DNA of 64,000 bases from an uncultured Chloroflexia bacterium. GTDB lineage: Bacteria; Chloroflexota; Limnocylindria; QHBO01. The position numbers were made by a program, and so were the translations under genes. The notes under the pieces were generated by a model that had not been told where the DNA came from, made no database searches, and saw nothing but the letters and a program-made list of their open reading frames with translations. This document shows positions 8,410 to 17,903 of this stretch, piece by piece. Positions within the stretch are counted from its first letter, which is position 1; each line of letters begins with the position of its first letter. The stretch is from the NCBI GenBank assembly GCA_963825525.1, contig CAWGTN010000002.1, positions 992,001 through 1,056,000 of the forward strand, read 5' to 3'.

Positions 8410-9426
8410 GTGCTGCGCACGCTGAGCGAGGACCCGCGCAACGCCGAGACGGACCTGTCGGCGCTCTCTGAGGGCATGACACCCACCGATCGCTTCTACG
8501 TTCGCTGCAACTTCGCGATCCCCGATCTGGCCGCCGATACGTGGAGCCTCGAGCTCGGCGGCGCGTTCGAGCGACGGGGGTCGTGGTCACTCGCCGAGCT
8601 CAGGACGCTCCCGCCTGTCGAGCGGATCGTGCTCCTCGAGTGCGCGGGCAACGGCCGCTCCCTGATGTCGCCGGTCCCGGGCGGCACGCCATGGAACCTC
8701 GGCGCGGTGAGCATCGCGCGCTTCGGCGGCATTCGATTGGCTGACCTGCTCGTGTCGGCCGGCGCCCGCGCATCTGCCGTGAACCTCGTGTTCACCGGTG
8801 CCGACATCGGTTCGGTCGAGCCCGACGGCGATATCCCCTACCAATTCGATCTCGCGGTTGATCGGCTCGCGACGACCGACCCGATCCTGGCGTGGACCAT
8901 GAATGACGAGCCGCTGGCTCCTGAGCACGGATTCCCCGTGCGCCTCGTGGTGCCGGGCGACTACGGGATGCGATCGGTGAAGTGGCTGACCCGAATCGAC
9001 GCCCGGGAGCATGGTGAGTTCGACGCGCACTTTCCACGCAAGTACCGCTACCGTGGCCAGGCCGGGGTGCCGGACGACACCCCGGTCGCCGAGATGCGAG
9101 TCCGCTCGCTCATCACCTCGCATGCCACAGGAGACACGCTCGACGCCGGCTCGGTTCTCGTGAGCGGAATCGCGTGGTCGGGCACGACGGAGATCGCGCA
9201 TGTCTCCGCGCTCCTCGACGGCCGGTGGCATCCGGCACCCATCGTCGAGCGCATCGGCAACGCCGCCGTTCGCTGGGAGCTCGAGTGGGAGGCGACGCCC
9301 GGCGTGCACGAGATCGCCGTGAGCGCCACCGATGCCGCCGGCAACCGACAGCCCGAGGACCCGATCTGGAACGAGGGCGGCTACGGCAACAACGTCATCC
9401 AGCGCGTCCGCGTCGAGGTGCGCTGA
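8410..9426 (+). CDS. Sulfite oxidase family molybdopterin oxidoreductase
   Basis: LECAGNGR, HGFPVRLVVPG, SVKWL, C-terminal dimerisation domain WNEGGYGNN. Confidence 0.93.
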   Translation: MLRTLSEDPRNAETDLSALSEGMTPTDRFYVRCNFAIPDLAADTWSLELGGAFERRGSWSLAELRTLPPVERIVLLECAGNGRSLMSPVPGGTPWNLGAVSIARFGGIRLADLLVSAGARASAVNLVFTGADIGSVEPDGDIPYQFDLAVDRLATTDPILAWTMNDEPLAPEHGFPVRLVVPGDYGMRSVKWLTRIDAREHGEFDAHFPRKYRYRGQAGVPDDTPVAEMRVRSLITSHATGDTLDAGSVLVSGIAWSGTTEIAHVSALLDGRWHPAPIVERIGNAAVRWELEWEATPGVHEIAVSATDAAGNRQPEDPIWNEGGYGNNVIQRVRVEVR

Positions 9427-10531
9427 GCTCGGCCAACACCTCCGCCGTGTGCTCCCCGAGCAACGGCGGGGCCCGGCGAACCGGCAGGTGTGATCCGTCG
9501 ACGATGATCGGGTTGGGCGCCATCCGAATCCCATCGGCCTCCTGGACCCAGCCGCCCGCGCGCTCCATGGCGGCGAGGGCTGCGCTGACCCCGTTGACTG
9601 GGCCGGCGGGCACATCGGCCGCGGTCAGGGCCGCAACCAGCGCGTCACGCTCCCACCCTTCGATGCGCTCGCCGAGCCAGGCGCTTAGCGCCTCGCGTTG
9701 CTGCAGGCGCTGCGGGTTCGTCGCGTAGCGACCGTCCTCGCTCAGCCCCAGGACCTCCAGCAGTCGCGCGAACTGGAGGTCATTGCCGACCGCGACGACG
9801 AGATGGCCATCCCGCGCAGCGAAGGACTCATACGGCACGATGTTCGGATGCGCATTGCCGTGACGCAGGGGCTCGCCACCGGTGACGAGATGGTTGCCAA
9901 GCACGTTGACGAGCGACGCGACTCCCGCCTCCACCAGGTTCACCTGGATCCGTCCGGCACTCCCACGACCGACGAGGGCGGCCAGCGCCCCGACCGCGCA
10001 CTCGAGCCCGGCGATGAGATCGAGCAGTGCGACACCAACCTTCATGGGTGGGCCATCGGCCTCGCCGGTGACCGACATCAGGCCACTCACCGCCTGAGCC
10101 AGCAGGTCGTAGGCGGGTCGATCGGCTTCTGAACCGCCGAATCCGCCCACCGACGCCACGATGAGACGCGGATGGCGAGCCTCCAGAGCGGCCGACTCGA
10201 GGCCCAGCCGGGCGGCCGTGGCCGGCCGATAGTTGTGCACCAGCACATCGGCGTCGCCCAACAGCCGGTCGAGGGTGTCGCGGCCGTCGACCGTTCGGAG
10301 GTCGAGCACCACGCTCCGCTTGTTGCGGTTGACCGATGCGAAGTACGCGCTGCGCCGATCGTCGGGATCGCCCCACCAGGGCGGCCCCCAGGTGCGGGTC
10401 TCGTCGCCATCAGGAGGCTCGACCTTGATGACATCGGCCCCGAGGTCGGCCAGCAGCATGGACGCGAACGGTCCCGCCAGCACGCGGCTGGCGTCGATCA
10501 CCCGGACCCCGTCGAGAGGCAACGCGCTCAT
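9395..10531 (-). CDS. CaiB/BaiF family III CoA transferase
   Basis: LAGPFASMLLADLGADVIKVE, NRNKRS, PPLLGEHT. Confidence 0.95.
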   Translation of the reverse strand: MSALPLDGVRVIDASRVLAGPFASMLLADLGADVIKVEPPDGDETRTWGPPWWGDPDDRRSAYFASVNRNKRSVVLDLRTVDGRDTLDRLLGDADVLVHNYRPATAARLGLESAALEARHPRLIVASVGGFGGSEADRPAYDLLAQAVSGLMSVTGEADGPPMKVGVALLDLIAGLECAVGALAALVGRGSAGRIQVNLVEAGVASLVNVLGNHLVTGGEPLRHGNAHPNIVPYESFAARDGHLVVAVGNDLQFARLLEVLGLSEDGRYATNPQRLQQREALSAWLGERIEGWERDALVAALTAADVPAGPVNGVSAALAAMERAGGWVQEADGIRMAPNPIIVDGSHLPVRRAPPLLGEHTAEVLAELSAPRRGRAG

Positions 10532-10581
10532 GCGGTGAGGGTAGCCCGAGGGTTGGCACGTTCGCCGCTAGCATTGACCGC

Positions 10582-11487
10582 ATGAAGATCGGATTGATGC
10601 TTCCCCTCGGGGACGAAGAGAGCAACGGCTACGCGGGCATCCGCGATATGGCGCTCACCGCGGAGGACGCCGGCCTCGACTCCATCTGGGGCGCGGACCA
10701 CCTGCTCTTTCGCGAGAACGGCGAGACAGACGGGATACACGAGGGCTGGACGGTGCTCACGGCGCTCGCGGCGCTGACCTCGCGGGTGGAGATCGGTCCG
10801 CTGGTGCTGGCGCTTCCGTTCCGCAACCCGGCGCTGACCGCCAAGATGGCGGCCGAGCTCGACGAGGTGAGTGCCGGCCGGCTGATCCTGGGTGTCGGGT
10901 GTGGATGGCATGAGCCGGAGTTCGATGCCTTCGGCTATCCGTTCGACCATCGCGTCTCGCGCTTCGACGAGGCGCTGCAGGTGTTGATCCCGCTCCTCCG
11001 CGACGGAAGCGTGACGTTCGAGGGCCGATACCATCGCGCCATCGATGCCACCCTGCTGCCGCGCCCGATTCGCGACGGCGGGCCGCCGATCCTCATCGCC
11101 GGCAAGCAACCACGCATGCTCGATCTGGTCGTGCGCCACGCGGATCAGTGGAACGCCGCATGGTTCGGCCACCCCGACCAGGCTGACGAGCTCCACATCC
11201 GGCTCGGCAACCTTCGGCGCGCGCTCGAGGCGGCCGATCGCGATCCAGCGACCTTGGACATCACGGTCGGGATCTTCGTGGCATTCGAGGGAGCCGATGC
11301 GGACACGCCGGCGCGCGCGATCCGCGGCTCGACCGAGGAGGTCGCCGATGCGTTGGCCGCCTACGCTGGCGTGAACGCGAAGCACCTCATCGCTCATGTC
11401 TTCCCGCCCACGCCCGACTCCGTCCGGCGCCTGGCCGAGGCGGCGGCCGTGGCTCGCGAGCGGCTCGGAGCCCCCGCGACCGCCTGA
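10582..11487 (+). CDS. LLM class flavin/F420-dependent oxidoreductase
   Basis: DSIWGADH, RNPALTAKMAAELDEVSAGRLILGVGCGW. Confidence 0.93.
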   Translation: MKIGLMLPLGDEESNGYAGIRDMALTAEDAGLDSIWGADHLLFRENGETDGIHEGWTVLTALAALTSRVEIGPLVLALPFRNPALTAKMAAELDEVSAGRLILGVGCGWHEPEFDAFGYPFDHRVSRFDEALQVLIPLLRDGSVTFEGRYHRAIDATLLPRPIRDGGPPILIAGKQPRMLDLVVRHADQWNAAWFGHPDQADELHIRLGNLRRALEAADRDPATLDITVGIFVAFEGADADTPARAIRGSTEEVADALAAYAGVNAKHLIAHVFPPTPDSVRRLAEAAAVARERLGAPATA

Positions 11488-11493
11488 GCGCTT

Positions 11494-12088
11494 CTACGAA
11501 GCCGATGTCATGAGCACGTGGCTCACCGGACGTCGCGCACGCCGAATTCGAGCGAGCGTCACGCCCACGACTTTCTGGCCGCAGGTCGCGCAGATGGTCC
11601 ATCGGCCGTCGCGCTGCAGCCGGATGCGATGCTCACCGACGAGCACGCGCCAGCGACGACGCGGACGCGCGCGGAGGGCCGCACGATGTTCGGCGAGCGC
11701 TGCCACGGCCCCGGGGATGCCGAGCGCCACCGCATGGCGCAATGAGCTCCGATAGCGAGCCGACTCGAGCCGCAGCGCATCGGCACTGGAGATCCCGTGC
11801 TCCCGGTACAGCACAAAGGCCGTCGCGTAGAACGCGGCGCCGTGATGGATCGTGCGGGGCGTCCGCCGCGCGAGCCGGAGCGAGCCAGTGCGCGAGCTCG
11901 TGGAGCAGCGTCAGGCGCTGGTCAACGTCGTCACTGCCGGCTCGAACGGCCACCGTGCCGTCATGGCGCCGGGTCACTCCGGTCGAGTGCTCGCCGGCCC
12001 GGGTGCGCCACGCCAGACGGGGTTCCTGCACGTCGCGCTGCGCGCATACGACCGTCACCAGCTCGCGCGCCCAGGCCGGCGCGGTCAT
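11494..12088 (-). CDS. HExxH zincin-like protein with C-terminal CxxC (frameshifted near 11845-11875)
   Basis: TLLHELAHW in ORF 11633..12280; continues in another frame as FYATAFVLYREHG...WTICATCGQ. Confidence 0.65.
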
Positions 12089-12148
12089 CGATGGTTCGTC
12101 GGGCGGTTCACTCCGGGAGCGTACTGCGAGCAGCGGGTCCGGTGTCGC

Positions 12149-12274
12149 GCGATATATCGGCTCGTTTGCGCCAAATGACGCCTTCAGGCGCTCCCTGGCC
12201 GAAATATCGGCTGGCAACCAGCATGCGTGGCGCCCCGCGGCGCCGTCCACGCGAGAGGCTGACCGAAATCTCGG
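12149..12274. repeat. Three related 12-bp imperfect palindromes
   Basis: GCGATATATCGG 12149-12160, CCGAAATATCGG 12199-12210, CCGAAATCTCGG 12263-12274. Confidence 0.55.
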
Positions 12275-12342
12275 CGCCACGGCGTTTCACCGGGCTCAGG
12301 CCACTCCCATCCGAAACCGGCCACAGGGGCAAGAACACGGTC

Positions 12343-14809
12343 TCAGGCGGCGACGGACTCCGGGCCACCCTCGTACAACCCCAGCCGTGCCACGCCCCGC
12401 TGAACCCAGCGCGGCGCCCACCAGTTCACCGAGCCCATGACGCGCATGAAGGCCGGAACCAGGATGCCGCGCACGATGGTGGCGTCGATCAGCACGGCCA
12501 GCGCCATGCTGAATCCGAGCGCCTTGATGAGCGTCACCGAGCTCAGGGCAAAGGCCCCGAAGACCGCGACCATGATGAGTGCGGCGCCGGTGATGATCCC
12601 GCCGGTGATGCCGATGCCCTCGGCCACCGCCCGCGTGTTGTCCCCGGTCACGAGGTAGCGCTCGCGAATGCGCGACAGGAGGAAGACCTCGTAGTCCATC
12701 GAGAGGCCGAAGAGGATCGCGAACATGAGGATCGGCGTGCTGGCAATGATGGTGCCCGATGGATCGAAGTCCAGGATGCCCGACAGGTTCCCGTCCTGGA
12801 AGATCCAGACCAGCGCACCGAAGCTGGCCGTGACGCTCAGCAGGCTCATGAGCACCGCCTTGAGCGGCAGGAACACCGATCCGAAGGTCAGGAACAGGAC
12901 GGCACCCGTCACGCCGACCACGATCGCGACGGCGAACGGCACCGAGCCCGCGAAGCTGGCCATGAAGTCGCGCGAGCGGGACGAGAGTCCGGCCGTCAGC
13001 GTTTCGGATGCGCCGGGGGGTGGCGGCAGGTCGCGAATGGCGTCGACCACGCGGCGCCCATCCGACGAGTCGGCGAGGGCCGAGGAGAACACGTCGAGGC
13101 GCGTCACGTCATCGGCAACTGATTGACGCCACCCAGGCGGCCAGGCCGGACGCCTCGGCCGGCCGCTGTGATTCGGGCAGCTGGATGAGCTGGAGGTACG
13201 TGGCGCGGTCCATGCCGGCCGGTGGGTCGAGCACGCTGCCCACCTCGGTCACGGCGTCGAGAGCCGCCAGGTCGTCGGTATACGAGGAGAGGGCCTCGAT
13301 CCAGTCCGCGGAGAGGGCTCCGTCCTCGAGGATGGCGCCGGGCGCCTGGACCGCCACCTCGATGGGGTCGGCACCGCCACCGGGAAACTCATCGGCCAGG
13401 GTGCGGAAGCCGGCCACGCTCTCCGACGGTGGCAGGTCATCCAGATTGCCACCGGTCGAGAGCTGGATGCCGAAGAACGGCAGGCCGGCGATGATGAGCA
13501 CCAGGAGAACGGGAGTGGCGATCAGGACGGGATGGCGCATGACCCTGCCCGCGATCCTCGACCAGACGCCGTGTCCCTGGCGCGCGTCGGCGGCCACCGG
13601 GTCGTCCTCGACCAGCCGCAGCGAGCCGGGCAGCGGGACGCGCAGCCGGTTGATACGAGGACCGAGCAGGCCCAACAGCGCGGGCAGGACGGTCAGGCCG
13701 AACACCAGCGTCGAGAGCACGGTCACCACCCCACCGATGCCCATGCTGCGCAGGGCGGGCGACTCGAACACGATGAGGCTGGACAGGCCGATGGCGACCG
13801 CCACCCCACTGATCGCAACCGCCTTGCCCACGGTGGCCATGGTGCGCTCGACGGCGTCGGCAACGGACCGATGGCGCAGCTCCTCGCGGAAGCGGCTGAC
13901 GGTGAACAGCGAGTAGTCGATCGACAGGGCCAGCCCGATCATGGTCGCCACGTTCGTCACGAAGATGCTCATCTCGGTGACGTTGGCGAGGAGGCCGATG
14001 CCGGCCATCGAGGCCGGCAGCGCCATGCCCGCGATGACGATCGGCAGAACGGCGCCGACGAGGGTTCCGAACACGACGAGCAGGATGAGCATGGCGATCG
14101 GCAGGCTGACGATCTCCGCCTTGAAGAGGTCCTCCTCGATGGCCTGGTTGAACTCGTGCTGAACCAGGGGGATGCCGGTGACGACAGTATCCACACCGTC
14201 GGGAACGGCGACGAGCGATGCGATGTGCTCGGCGTCGTCGATGGCCTCCTCGAGGTCCTCGTCGATACGGATGAGGGCGAACGTCTTCGCTCCATCGCGG
14301 CTGACGAACCCGGAGTCCCCGACATCGGCGAACGTGAGCACGGAAGCGACGAGTGGATCATCGGCGACCGGCGCCATGGCATCGGCGACGGTGGCCTGGA
14401 ACGCCGCGGAGCCGGCGTTGGCGTCCGGATCGGTGAACAGGACGAGCATCGTGGTCGCCTGCTCGCCGTAGCGGTCGGCGAGCAGGGCCTCGGCTTCCGC
14501 AGCCTCGGAACCGGGAACCTGCCAGCCACCCTGGCTCAGGCGCCCGCCGGCCATGACCCCCCACACGTTGAGGCCGATGACGAGAGCAATGCCCACGATC
14601 GGCAACCAGCGGCGCGCGCGGTACGTCCCCCGCCCGAGCGCGGCGAAGATTCCGTTGTGGCCGATCCGGTCATCGATCGCCGGCTGGACGGCCGGGTCGA
14701 GAGCCGGGTAGCTGTCGGGCACCCCGACCGGCGGTCGAGCGCCGCGACGAGCGAGCCACAGGCCGGCAATGGCGGCGAGCACGCCGCCGACGATCAGCGG
14801 ACGCTTCAC
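12343..14809 (-). CDS. MMPL family (RND) transporter, frameshift near 13108
   Basis: GLALSIDYSLF and FGLSMDYEVFLLSRIRE motifs in two abutting ORFs. Confidence 0.92.
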
Positions 14810-14814
14810 GATAC

Positions 14815-14893
14815 TGAACGCTCGTTCATCAACACGTGCGCCACTCTAGTGTTGCCAGCAGCCGTCGTCAAGGCTAAAGTGAATGGTGATTCA
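14815..14893. promoter_or_regulatory. Divergent sigma70-type promoters with two TGAAY-N4-RTTCA operators
   Basis: TGAACGCTCGTTCA 14815-14828 and TGAATGGTGATTCA 14880-14893; minus-strand TTGACG-17-TAGAGT (14871-14843); plus-strand TTGCCA-17-TAAAGT (14852-14880). Confidence 0.75.
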
Positions 14894-14913
14894 TACGAAG
14901 GAGCCGCGCAGCA

Positions 14914-15513
14914 GTGCCACGAACAAGCGCAGCGCATGCAGCCGAGATGCGAGAGCGGATCCTGGGTGGTGCCCATCGAGCGATGCTGTCGGGCGGCTAC
15001 CGCGGAACGACCATGCCGGCGATCGCCGCGGAGGCGGACGTCAGCGTCGGGCTCCTCTACCGCTACTTCGACAGCAAGGAAGAGCTGTACCTGGCCATGT
15101 GCGAGGCCGTGACCCAGGCTCAGCTGGACGAGCTCGCGGTGCAGATGTCGACGATCACCGACGCGCGCGAGCGACTTGCGAGTGCCGTCGGCTTCTTCGT
15201 CGAGAGTCTCGAGGCGGAGCGCTGGGGTCCCATCGTCACCACCGGCTGGGCCGAGGCCGATATCCGCCCGGCGCTGCGAGACATGCTCCGTCGCCGCTGC
15301 GACCAGATTCGCGCGTTCGCGGCCATGTTCCTGCGCGAGGCGGTGGCACGCTCGGAGGTGGAGCCGGAGATCGACATCGAGGAGCTCAGCCTGTCGATCG
15401 CGATGCTCATGGACGGCGTCATCGCACACCAGGCGGAGAGCGGCGATCGCTTCGACCCGGACCTCGTCCAGCGCGCGGTGATCGCCCTCGTCGGGCGAAC
15501 GCTCGAACGCTGA
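14914..15513 (+). CDS. TetR/AcrR family regulator
   Basis: GYRGTTMPAIAAEADVSVGLLYRYFDSKEEL HTH; AAGGAG RBS. Confidence 0.95.
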   Translation: MPRTSAAHAAEMRERILGGAHRAMLSGGYRGTTMPAIAAEADVSVGLLYRYFDSKEELYLAMCEAVTQAQLDELAVQMSTITDARERLASAVGFFVESLEAERWGPIVTTGWAEADIRPALRDMLRRRCDQIRAFAAMFLREAVARSEVEPEIDIEELSLSIAMLMDGVIAHQAESGDRFDPDLVQRAVIALVGRTLER

Positions 15514-15565
15514 GCGGCCGGTATCATCCGCACGTGATCGCATCATCAGGGATGGGGAGGAACGC

Positions 15566-16315
15566 GTGACCACGGTCGTTGCCCACCGCGGCGCCTCGCA
15601 GCAGGCTCCCGAGAACACGATGGAGGCCTTCCGGCTGGCCGTGAAGGCCGGAGCCGACGCCATCGAGCTCGACGTGCACCTCACGGCCGACGGTCAGCTC
15701 GCCGTCATCCACGACGACTCGCTGGATCGCACGACCGACCGCACCGGTCCCGTTGCCTCCCGGACGATGGATGAGATCCGCGAGGCCGACGCCGGCGCAA
15801 CCTTCGCCCGCGACGATGACTCCGGCTTCCCGTTCTCCGGCAAGGGGCTCACGGTCCCGACCCTTGCCGAAGTGCTTGCCTGGCTCCCCGAGGAGACCGG
15901 GCTGGTGATCGAGATCAAGGCGCGCGGGGCGGCCGATGCCGTGGTCGAAGCGGTCGCCGGACATCGGGTCCTGGCGAGCGGGCGCCTGGCCGTCATCAGC
16001 TTCGACGAGCCGGCCATCGACCGTGTCCGCGAGCTCAATCCCGACATCCGGACCGGGTACCTCCTCGTGCCCGGGCAACCCACCGAGCCGGCCCTCACCT
16101 GGGCCACCGAGCGTGGCCACACGGGCATCTTCCCGTGGGAAGGCGACCTCGGCATGGATCCGCTGCCGCTCATCGCCCAGGCCGCGGCATTCGGACGCGA
16201 GATCGGCTGTTACGTCGTCAACGAGCCGATGCGGATGCAACACCTTGCCGCCTGCGGCATCTGGGGGTTCGTGACGGACGTGCCCGACGTCGCTCGTGAA
16301 GCGCTGAAGCGCTGA
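15566..16315 (+). CDS. Glycerophosphodiester phosphodiesterase
   Basis: AHRG, PENT, IELDV, VIHD, IEIK. Confidence 0.95.
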   Translation: MTTVVAHRGASQQAPENTMEAFRLAVKAGADAIELDVHLTADGQLAVIHDDSLDRTTDRTGPVASRTMDEIREADAGATFARDDDSGFPFSGKGLTVPTLAEVLAWLPEETGLVIEIKARGAADAVVEAVAGHRVLASGRLAVISFDEPAIDRVRELNPDIRTGYLLVPGQPTEPALTWATERGHTGIFPWEGDLGMDPLPLIAQAAAFGREIGCYVVNEPMRMQHLAACGIWGFVTDVPDVAREALKR

Positions 16316-16322
16316 GGCCGTC

Positions 16323-17876
16323 TCAGCGACGCTTGCTGAGGATTCCGAGCACCGAGCGCAGAATGGTGTTGAACGTCCCGGAGCGCGCGAAGCGGGCGCC
16401 CTCCTCGGCCACGTTCGACCAGTCCACCCCCTTTTCGGGCGCTCGGGTCGGGCGCATGCCCCCCTTGCCCGGCTTGTCGGGATCCTCCACCTTCGGGCCG
16501 GAGGCCTCCTCATCGGTGGCCACGCTCTTCATTCGAGCGGCGAGGAGCTCCTTGGCGGACTCCGGGTCCGTGTCGGTGGCGTAGGTGGGAACGATCAGTG
16601 ACGCGGCGGCCACTGCGTCGAACACGGACGGGTCGACCTGGGCCATGAGCGACATCGGCGGCCGCAGCATGGTGCGAACGGTGGGCATCGGCCTGCCCTT
16701 GAGGTCGAGTGCGGTGATCAGCGCCTCACCGGTGCCGAGACGCGTGAGCTCCTCCTCCACGTCATAGAACGTCGTGGTCGGGAACGTGCGGGCCGTGGCT
16801 CGGACGGTGTCGAGATCGTCCGGCGTGAATGCCCGCAGCGCGTGCTGGACGCGGTTGCCGAGCTGACCGAGCACCTCGGATGGGACGTCGGTCGGCGAGT
16901 GGGTGACGAAGAAGACGCCGACGCCCTTCGATCGAATGAGGCGCGCCACGAGCTCGATCTGCCCCATGAACGTCTTGTTCGCGTCGCGAAAGAGGAGATG
17001 AGCCTCGTCGAAGAAGAAGACGAGCTTCGGCTTGTCCGGGTCACCGACCTCGGGCAGGGACTCGTAGAGGTTGGCGAGCAGCCACATCATGAACGTGGAG
17101 AACAGCGCCGGCCGATCCTGCATGTCCGCCAGCTCGAGGATGCTGATGACACCGCGGCCGTCGTCGCCGACGCGCAGGAAGTCATCGACCTCGAACTCCG
17201 GTGAGCCGAAGAACGCATCGGCTTCCTGCTGCTCGAGCTCGACGATCTTGCGAATGATCACGCCGACGGTGGCGGTCGCCACGCCGCCGTATTCGGTCAT
17301 CTCGGACTTGCCCTCGTCCGAGCTGAGATGGTTCAGCAACGCGCGCAGGTCATCCAGGTTCAGCAGCGGGAGTTGCTTGTCGTCGGCGTACTTGAAGGCG
17401 AGCGCCAGGACCGACTGCTGCGTCTCGTTGAGGTCCAGCACCTTGGCCATGAGGATCGGGCCGAAGCTCGAGACCGACGCCCGGAGTCGAACGCCCTTGC
17501 CGCCGCGATCCAGCGTGAAGAACTCGACCGGAAACGACTGCGCCGCGTAGTCGCCGAAGCCAATGGCCGCAGCGCGCGCGGTGATCTTTTCGTTCATGGC
17601 GGCGGGCGCGGCCAGGCCACTGATGTCGCCCTTGATGTCGCTGATGAAGACCGGGACGCCGGCCGCCGAGAGCTGCTCGGCCAGGACCTGGAGCGTCTTC
17701 GTCTTGCCGGTGCCGGTTGCTCCGGCCACCAGCCCGTGGCGGTTCATCATCGCCAGCGGAACGCGGACCTGGACGCTGGGCACGGCATCCTCGCCCTGCA
17801 TCCCGGCACCGAACGTCACCGCCGGTGCGTCAAATCCGTAGCCTTCGGCCAGGGTCTTCTCGAATTCGGTGGTCAT
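16323..17876 (-). CDS. HerA-like ATPase (DUF853/YjgR family)
   Basis: NRHGLVAGATGTGKT, FFFDEAHLLF, RLIRSKGVG, QHALRAFTP. Confidence 0.93.
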   Translation of the reverse strand: MTTEFEKTLAEGYGFDAPAVTFGAGMQGEDAVPSVQVRVPLAMMNRHGLVAGATGTGKTKTLQVLAEQLSAAGVPVFISDIKGDISGLAAPAAMNEKITARAAAIGFGDYAAQSFPVEFFTLDRGGKGVRLRASVSSFGPILMAKVLDLNETQQSVLALAFKYADDKQLPLLNLDDLRALLNHLSSDEGKSEMTEYGGVATATVGVIIRKIVELEQQEADAFFGSPEFEVDDFLRVGDDGRGVISILELADMQDRPALFSTFMMWLLANLYESLPEVGDPDKPKLVFFFDEAHLLFRDANKTFMGQIELVARLIRSKGVGVFFVTHSPTDVPSEVLGQLGNRVQHALRAFTPDDLDTVRATARTFPTTTFYDVEEELTRLGTGEALITALDLKGRPMPTVRTMLRPPMSLMAQVDPSVFDAVAAASLIVPTYATDTDPESAKELLAARMKSVATDEEASGPKVEDPDKPGKGGMRPTRAPEKGVDWSNVAEEGARFARSGTFNTILRSVLGILSKRR

Positions 17877-17903
17877 CGCAGGAGTCTACCCGCCGGGGCA
17901 CGC

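Noticed and set aside
12240-12320. Glycine-riboswitch-like words (GAGAG...GGCGCC...CTCAGG) on the + strand
   Set aside because: The GCCGAAG core is missing and there is no + strand gene downstream
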